From Candidatus Latescibacterota bacterium (lineage in GTDB: Bacteria > Latescibacterota > UBA2968), in assembly GCA_965207885.1 (NCBI GenBank), contig OZ242311.1:1088001-1152000 (forward strand): 64,000 bases of DNA. Direction: 5' to 3'. The notes beneath the pieces were generated by a model. The model was not told the origin of the DNA and ran no database searches. It saw only the letters and a list, made by a program, of their open reading frames with translations. This document shows, one piece after another, positions 58,859-64,000 of the stretch (the stretch's first letter is position 1; each line of letters starts with the position of its first letter). The translations under genes were made by a program, and so were the position numbers.

Positions 58859-60574
58859 TTGACGCAAATATTCACTATTGTTAAGATGCTGCGGCCTTAT
58901 TGGCGGTATATCATTCAGTCGCTTTGTGTTGGCATTTTGTTTATGTTGTTTCAGATACCAGGACCTTATTTCACGAAAATAATGATCGATGACGTATATC
59001 CGCATAAAGATTTCTCTCTGTTGAATTTTGTTCTGTTGTTGGGCATGCTGATGTCGTTGGGCGTGGGTGGGATGAGGTTTATCAGTGGGTATTTTGGTCA
59101 GTGTGTTGGCATCCGGATGGGATATGATTTTCAAGCGCGTTTTTACAAACATATACAAACGTTGGATTTTGGTTTTTTTGATAGCCGGGAGACGGGTGAA
59201 ATACTATCTCGATTTCGAGATATGCGAAGTTCAATTGCCAGTGTCATCAGTTTGATTAACACGCTGATTATCAATTCGCTCCAACTCCTAATTTTTCCGC
59301 CCATTCTGTTCTTTATCAATTGGAAACTGGCACTGATTAGCCTCACGGTCTTGCCCTTTGACACGCTGTTGGTTATGATTTCAAGGCGGTTTATACGCAA
59401 ATATACAAGAGAAGTTGCAGAACGCTCAGCAGAGTTATCGGCGAAAAATTACGAGTCCATCTCTTCAATTAGAACAGTACAGTCTTTGGGGTTGGAGGCT
59501 TCATTTTTTCAGAAGCTACAGGGATTGTTCATCGGTGTGGCAAATTTGAGAATGAAAGTGTCGCTTTTTTCGGGCACAACGGGATATGCCAGCACCATTA
59601 TCAAGACAGGCGGAACACTTGCCTACGGCTTCTACGGATGGCACGAGGTGTTATCTGACAATTTGACGTTGGGAAGTTATATGGCTTTTACGGGCTATGT
59701 GGGGTATTTGTATGGACCCATAAAAAGTCTCATTGGCCTGTTGCGGCGCATCGAATCCACGCTGGTTCATACGGACCGCTTTTTTGAAGTCTATAATATC
59801 ACGCCTGACATACGCGATGAACCGCAGTTGGCTGAACTCAACGGGGTTCGTGGAAGGATAGAGTTTCGAGATGTCAATTTTGCATATCAGCCCGAAAGGG
59901 TGGTGTTGAACGAGATCAATCTCGAGATTGACGCTGATCAGACAGTAGCTATTGTTGGAAGAAGTGGGTCGGGCAAATCTACCCTGGCAAAGCTCATTCC
60001 GAGATTTTACGATCCAGTGGATGGTCAGGTCTTGATCGATGGGGTCGATATCAGGCAATACCGTCTCAATTCTCTGCGCCAAAATATCGGCTTTGTGATG
60101 CAAGGCAGTGCGCTGTTTCAGGGGAGTATTTTGGAGAATCTGACGTTTAACAAACCGATTTCCCTGATCGATGTCGAAGCCGCAACCCGGGCAGCCTATA
60201 TCCACGATTTTGTCACGCGGCTACCCAAAGGTTATCACACGATCATCGGTGAGCAGGGGGCGCAACTTTCAGAGGGGCAAAAGCAGAGGGTCGCACTTGC
60301 ACGAGTGCTACTACAGAACACACCCATCTTGATTTTGGATGAACCCACTGCGGCACTGGATAACGAGTCTGAGTTTTATATTCAAGAAGCGATGAAGGAA
60401 ATTTGCAAACAAAGAACAGTGATCGTCATTGCCCATCGTCTGTCAACCATCCGGCGTGCAGACAAAATCGTGGTCATCGACCAGGGAAGAATTGCTGAGG
60501 AAGGCAGCCACGAGGTTTTGATGCTGCAAGATGGTGTTTATTCCATGCTCCAGGAGCGAGCCGCGAGGATTTGA
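58859..60574 (+). CDS. ABC exporter (TMD plus NBD), no C39 peptidase domain
   Basis: FFDSRETGEILSRF.D, GRSGSGKST, LSEGQKQR, ILDEPTAALD, IAHRLST. Confidence 0.92.
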   Translation: MTQIFTIVKMLRPYWRYIIQSLCVGILFMLFQIPGPYFTKIMIDDVYPHKDFSLLNFVLLLGMLMSLGVGGMRFISGYFGQCVGIRMGYDFQARFYKHIQTLDFGFFDSRETGEILSRFRDMRSSIASVISLINTLIINSLQLLIFPPILFFINWKLALISLTVLPFDTLLVMISRRFIRKYTREVAERSAELSAKNYESISSIRTVQSLGLEASFFQKLQGLFIGVANLRMKVSLFSGTTGYASTIIKTGGTLAYGFYGWHEVLSDNLTLGSYMAFTGYVGYLYGPIKSLIGLLRRIESTLVHTDRFFEVYNITPDIRDEPQLAELNGVRGRIEFRDVNFAYQPERVVLNEINLEIDADQTVAIVGRSGSGKSTLAKLIPRFYDPVDGQVLIDGVDIRQYRLNSLRQNIGFVMQGSALFQGSILENLTFNKPISLIDVEAATRAAYIHDFVTRLPKGYHTIIGEQGAQLSEGQKQRVALARVLLQNTPILILDEPTAALDNESEFYIQEAMKEICKQRTVIVIAHRLSTIRRADKIVVIDQGRIAEEGSHEVLMLQDGVYSMLQERAARI

Positions 60575-60575
60575 T

Positions 60576-60905
60576 ATGTTTTTTGATATGCTTAAAGCAA
60601 AGTGCCCAAACTGTGGATATAGAAACGATTGGGAAGGATCATTTAAATGGTTTAATCCCCCTCGCACCTGGCCCTGTAAGAAATGTGGCATCATGCTTGA
60701 AATGGATCGCAGGAGAGGATTCCTCGTGCTGCTCATATATGCGGCATTCTGGTTATTTTTTGAGTTATGGGTCAAGGATTGGAGCTTTCTTGTCTATTAT
60801 CTCCTGCCGGTTGGCATTCTCATCATTCTTTCATTGAAGCGCGTTAAAATTGTGCAATCTTCAGACCAAAATTCTGATGCTGATAACCCCAAAAGTGCCG
60901 TTTAA
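60576..60905 (+). CDS. CxxC-x20-CxxC zinc-ribbon membrane protein A
   Basis: CPNC-x20-CKKC then two hydrophobic helices; RBS GAGG. Confidence 0.75.
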   Translation: MFFDMLKAKCPNCGYRNDWEGSFKWFNPPRTWPCKKCGIMLEMDRRRGFLVLLIYAAFWLFFELWVKDWSFLVYYLLPVGILIILSLKRVKIVQSSDQNSDADNPKSAV

Positions 60906-60938
60906 CAAAGCTCCAAAAGCGTTTAGCGAGGATTTAAT

Positions 60939-61274
60939 ATGTTCAAAGCAAAGTGCCCAAATTGTGGATATAACCGCCCGTGGGAGGAGTATAAATGGTG
61001 GACCTGGAAACCTGGCCTCACCTGGCCCTGCAAGAAATGTGGCATCATGCTTAAAGATGATCTAAGAAGGTCGTTCTTGCTGCTACCAATATTCGTGGCT
61101 TTCTGGTTGTTTTTTGAATTCTGGGTCAAGGATTGGAGCTTTCTTGTCTATTGTCTTCTGCCAGTTGGCGTTTTTATCATTCTTTCATTGCTGCGCGTTA
61201 AAATTGTGCAATCTTCAGACCAAAATTCTGACGCTGATAGTCAAAAAGCACCTCTTGACAAGGAAAGGGGGTAA
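60939..61274 (+). CDS. CxxC-x21-CxxC zinc-ribbon membrane protein B (tandem duplicate of A)
   Basis: CPNC-x21-CKKC; long nucleotide stretches identical to A. Confidence 0.78.
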   Translation: MFKAKCPNCGYNRPWEEYKWWTWKPGLTWPCKKCGIMLKDDLRRSFLLLPIFVAFWLFFEFWVKDWSFLVYCLLPVGVFIILSLLRVKIVQSSDQNSDADSQKAPLDKERG

Positions 61275-61358
61275 ATGAGAGATCGCTACATGGTGCTTTG
61301 TTCATAGTGAATGGAAAACATTCACAGATTTCTAATTTTTACAGTATTGGAGGATCAC

Positions 61359-61769
61359 ATGCAAAAGCTGGTAAAAAGAAAGATGCATTACGAGACCATT
61401 ATGCCCGTAGAGGCTTATGAGGAAGAGAATAATAACAATGATGATTGGACGGAGGATCTAGTTAGTATTGGTATCACTTTTTTGGGGGCAGTCACTGGAT
61501 TCGTAACTAGAAACCCTTGGGTAGGAGCTGCTGTTGCTAGTGTTGGTATCGGACATACCGTCGCGAATAATGAAGAAATGATGGAGGGCATAACCGCGGG
61601 AATTCATGCCCAGACAGAAGCTGATTTGCAAATGGCTGATGCTGCATTAAATGCAGTTAATAATGCATATAATAATGGCGCACAGGCTATTACAGATGCA
61701 TATATAGATTGGACTAGTGACCTTGACATTGACTACGACGACCCACTCGTACAAGCATATGGTGAATAG
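61359..61769 (+). CDS. Putative bacteriocin/RiPP precursor with CLI_3235-like leader, 136 aa
   Basis: ATG after GGAGG; leader MQKLVKRKMHYETIMPVEAY; acidic Cys-free core with Gly/Ala hydrophobic hairpin. Confidence 0.65.
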   Translation: MQKLVKRKMHYETIMPVEAYEEENNNNDDWTEDLVSIGITFLGAVTGFVTRNPWVGAAVASVGIGHTVANNEEMMEGITAGIHAQTEADLQMADAALNAVNNAYNNGAQAITDAYIDWTSDLDIDYDDPLVQAYGE

Positions 61770-61873
61770 GGAGTGACAAAGTTAGGAGGCATCTTGATGA
61801 TTGCAGGTATTGTACTTCTATATTGAGTGCAATACCTGCTAAATTTTCTCATCCAAGATGGAGGACCAAAAAT

Positions 61874-62191
61874 ATGCCAATGAACTTAAAAAACATTTAT
61901 TCCTGTCCAAAGTGTGGACATCCTGTGGGAAGGTGGCGCAAATTGAATGCCGGTATTTTTAGCCAATGGCCCTGCAAAAATTGCGGTACTCTCTTGAAGG
62001 TTACTTACTGGAAAGGTATGATTTTTGTTTCTATAATCATCTTGTTAATCTACTTATGGATTACTCCTCAGAGAACTATTTTGGATATTCAGCTATTAAT
62101 CTTAGGCTTGATCATATTTGATATTTTAGTAAAAATGTTTATCAGTCCGATTATTGAGAAAAGTCCACGTCAAAAGCCTGATTCTGAGTGA
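61874..62191 (+). CDS. CxxC-x19-CxxC zinc-ribbon membrane protein C
   Basis: CPKC-x19-CKNC plus two TM helices; RBS GGAGG. Confidence 0.75.
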   Translation: MPMNLKNIYSCPKCGHPVGRWRKLNAGIFSQWPCKNCGTLLKVTYWKGMIFVSIIILLIYLWITPQRTILDIQLLILGLIIFDILVKMFISPIIEKSPRQKPDSE

Positions 62192-62210
62192 GTTTTTGGA
62201 GTTCCAATAT

Positions 62211-62516
62211 ATGCCAATGAACTTAAAAAAAATTTATACCTGTCCAAAGTGTGGTCATCCAATTGGATGGCGTCGCAGATTGAGTGCTAACATCTTTAGT
62301 ATATGGCCCTGCAAGAATTGCGGTACTCCTTTGGGTTTTGGTTCTGTGAGACGCCTGATTTTAGTTTCTATAGTTACCTTGTCAACCTGGTTATGGCTTA
62401 AACCTCAGGTGAATTTTTGGGTCTTTCTGGTAATCTTTGCATCGGGATTGTTCGTTGCAGGATATGCCGATCCGGTTGTAGAGAAGCAGGAACCACAGCG
62501 GCCTGATGCAAAGTGA
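62211..62516 (+). CDS. CxxC-x19-CxxC zinc-ribbon membrane protein D (paralog of C)
   Basis: MPMNLK.IY.CPKCGHP..WPCKNCGT shared with C; RBS GGAG. Confidence 0.75.
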   Translation: MPMNLKKIYTCPKCGHPIGWRRRLSANIFSIWPCKNCGTPLGFGSVRRLILVSIVTLSTWLWLKPQVNFWVFLVIFASGLFVAGYADPVVEKQEPQRPDAK

Positions 62517-62557
62517 GCGTATCGAAGATATAACGTGCGGACAACAATGGGCTACCC

Positions 62558-64000
62558 ATGAAATACAAATGCAATTTTCATGATCTAAGCGGAGAGGGTG
62601 TCAAGGTTGCAATTATTGATAGCGGGATTGATCGTTCGCATGAAGTGTTGCAGCATGTGACCGCAGGAATCTGTTTTGAGTTTTCTGAGGGTAATGTCCT
62701 TACGTCCCAAGACTATCGAGACTCATCTGGTCATGGCACGGCGGTTGCGAGTATTATTAAAAAGAAGGCTCCGGGTACAGAGCTATATGCTATAAAAATC
62801 TTCGATCAATCTTTAATTGTAGAACAAAAAATTCTCGTTGAGTCCATTCGCTGGGCAATTGATCAGAATGTCGATATCATCAATCTGAGTCTTGGGACAA
62901 CGGACGCGCAGGTCAAGCATGCTCTATTGGATATATGCAAGGTGGCAACGAAAAAGGGTATCGCAATCGTCGCTGCCGAACACAATTCAGGACAAGAGAG
63001 TTATCCCGCCTATTTCTCCAATGTGATCGGTGTGAAGGCGGGGGAGATAAAAGGGCGTTACAATTATCTGTTTCGCGCAGGAGAGTCTATTGAATGTATC
63101 GCACCTGGAACAACGCAGCGCGTTCTCTGGGCAGGGGGGCGAGAGCATATTGTTGAAGGCAGTAGCTTTGCTGCGCCCCAAATTACGGGTATTATCGCTT
63201 TAATCAGACAGGCTTTTCCCAAAGCCAATCTGGATGAGATTAGAAACATATTGGAGGCGAATGCCAGTCGAGAAGTGCAGCAAAAAATCCCTTCAGGTCG
63301 CAAGATTCGCTTGCCTACCCCCCAAACGCCTCAATCCTTTGATCCAAACAAAATCAAAAGAGCAGCTATTTATCCCTATAACAAAGAAATGCATAGCCTA
63401 ATGCGTTTCAGGGAGTTGTTAAAGTTTGAAATTGTGGGTATCGCTGATCCCATTGCCAAAGGTTATGTTGGGAAAGATGCTGGTGAAGCGATAGGCATAC
63501 CGCCGGTTGGCATACGGGTTCAGCCGCGATTTCAAGAGATATTGAAAGAGGCTGATACACTCATTCTGGGCTATGTAGATGAACTGAGTCGAATTACTAA
63601 AAAGAATGTCCTGCGCGAGAGTATTGAGAAAGCCATTGATGCCAACTTAAATGTGTTCAGCTTTTTGTCCGTTTATCAGAAGGATTTGAGAGATCTGATC
63701 GATAAGGCTCGTAAAAAGAACCTCTGGATTTATTCGCCTGACGTTCATCAAAACGATCTGCTTAAAGCACTTCAGCCCCACAATAATCCAGCCGTTGATG
63801 TGCCAGTTATCGGTGTTTTTGGCACGAGTGCTCAACAGGGTAAGTTCACTGTTCAACTCGCCTTGAGGTCAAAGCTGATAAAAGAGGGATATAAGGTTGG
63901 GCAAATCGGCACCGAACACCATTCTCAGTTATTTGGCATGGATGTGGCATTTCCAACGGGCTACGCCTCTCCACTGCAATTTCCAATACAACTTCACGCG
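62558..64000 (+). CDS. S8 (subtilase) peptidase fused to a DUF1611-like P-loop domain; runs off the window end and is missing from the ORF track
   Basis: Manual translation: VAIIDSG, GHGT, INLSLG, GSSFAAP catalytic triad motifs; then YPYNKEMHSL..RF and PVIGVFGTSAQQGKFTVQL..GQIGTE. Confidence 0.88.
   Translation, partial: MKYKCNFHDLSGEGVKVAIIDSGIDRSHEVLQHVTAGICFEFSEGNVLTSQDYRDSSGHGTAVASIIKKKAPGTELYAIKIFDQSLIVEQKILVESIRWAIDQNVDIINLSLGTTDAQVKHALLDICKVATKKGIAIVAAEHNSGQESYPAYFSNVIGVKAGEIKGRYNYLFRAGESIECIAPGTTQRVLWAGGREHIVEGSSFAAPQITGIIALIRQAFPKANLDEIRNILEANASREVQQKIPSGRKIRLPTPQTPQSFDPNKIKRAAIYPYNKEMHSLMRFRELLKFEIVGIADPIAKGYVGKDAGEAIGIPPVGIRVQPRFQEILKEADTLILGYVDELSRITKKNVLRESIEKAIDANLNVFSFLSVYQKDLRDLIDKARKKNLWIYSPDVHQNDLLKALQPHNNPAVDVPVIGVFGTSAQQGKFTVQLALRSKLIKEGYKVGQIGTEHHSQLFGMDVAFPTGYASPLQFPIQLHA

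Noticed and set aside
55056-64000. Prophage or integrative element at tRNA-Pro
   Set aside because: No integrase, att duplicate or phage genes within the window; only island-like composition

Overview
A 64-kb window from a diderm bacterium. The gene content (DUF6785-type membrane proteins, four PhyH dioxygenases, three sulfatases, heparinase II/III-like and other lyases, PorV-like barrels, GWxTD proteins, EF-hand-tagged secreted enzymes) resembles FCB-superphylum candidate phyla such as Latescibacterota or Poribacteria-like sponge symbionts; the taxonomy is an inference. 1-50 kb is a catabolic/uptake region with two paralogous four-gene modules (small beta-barrel, TonB-dependent receptor, FN3/T9SS-CTD-like protein, PorV-like barrel) and no SusD. 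50-55 kb is housekeeping (sigma-70, mlaEFD, tRNA-Pro GGG). After the tRNA is a more AT-rich island. It encodes a toxin-like protein, an atypical AraC regulator, an HlyD plus ABC exporter, four CxxC-x19/21-CxxC membrane proteins, a 136-aa precursor-like protein with a CLI_3235-type leader (..VEAY) but a Cys-free core, and an S8 peptidase-DUF1611 fusion. That fusion runs off the window and is absent from the ORF track. This island is the best candidate for an undescribed system. Two leader regions share a convergent-promoter antisense-RNA layout, one carrying the plasmid CopT loop CUUUGGCG. Four genes are broken by frameshifts or deletions. All family assignments are by motif recognition, not database search.
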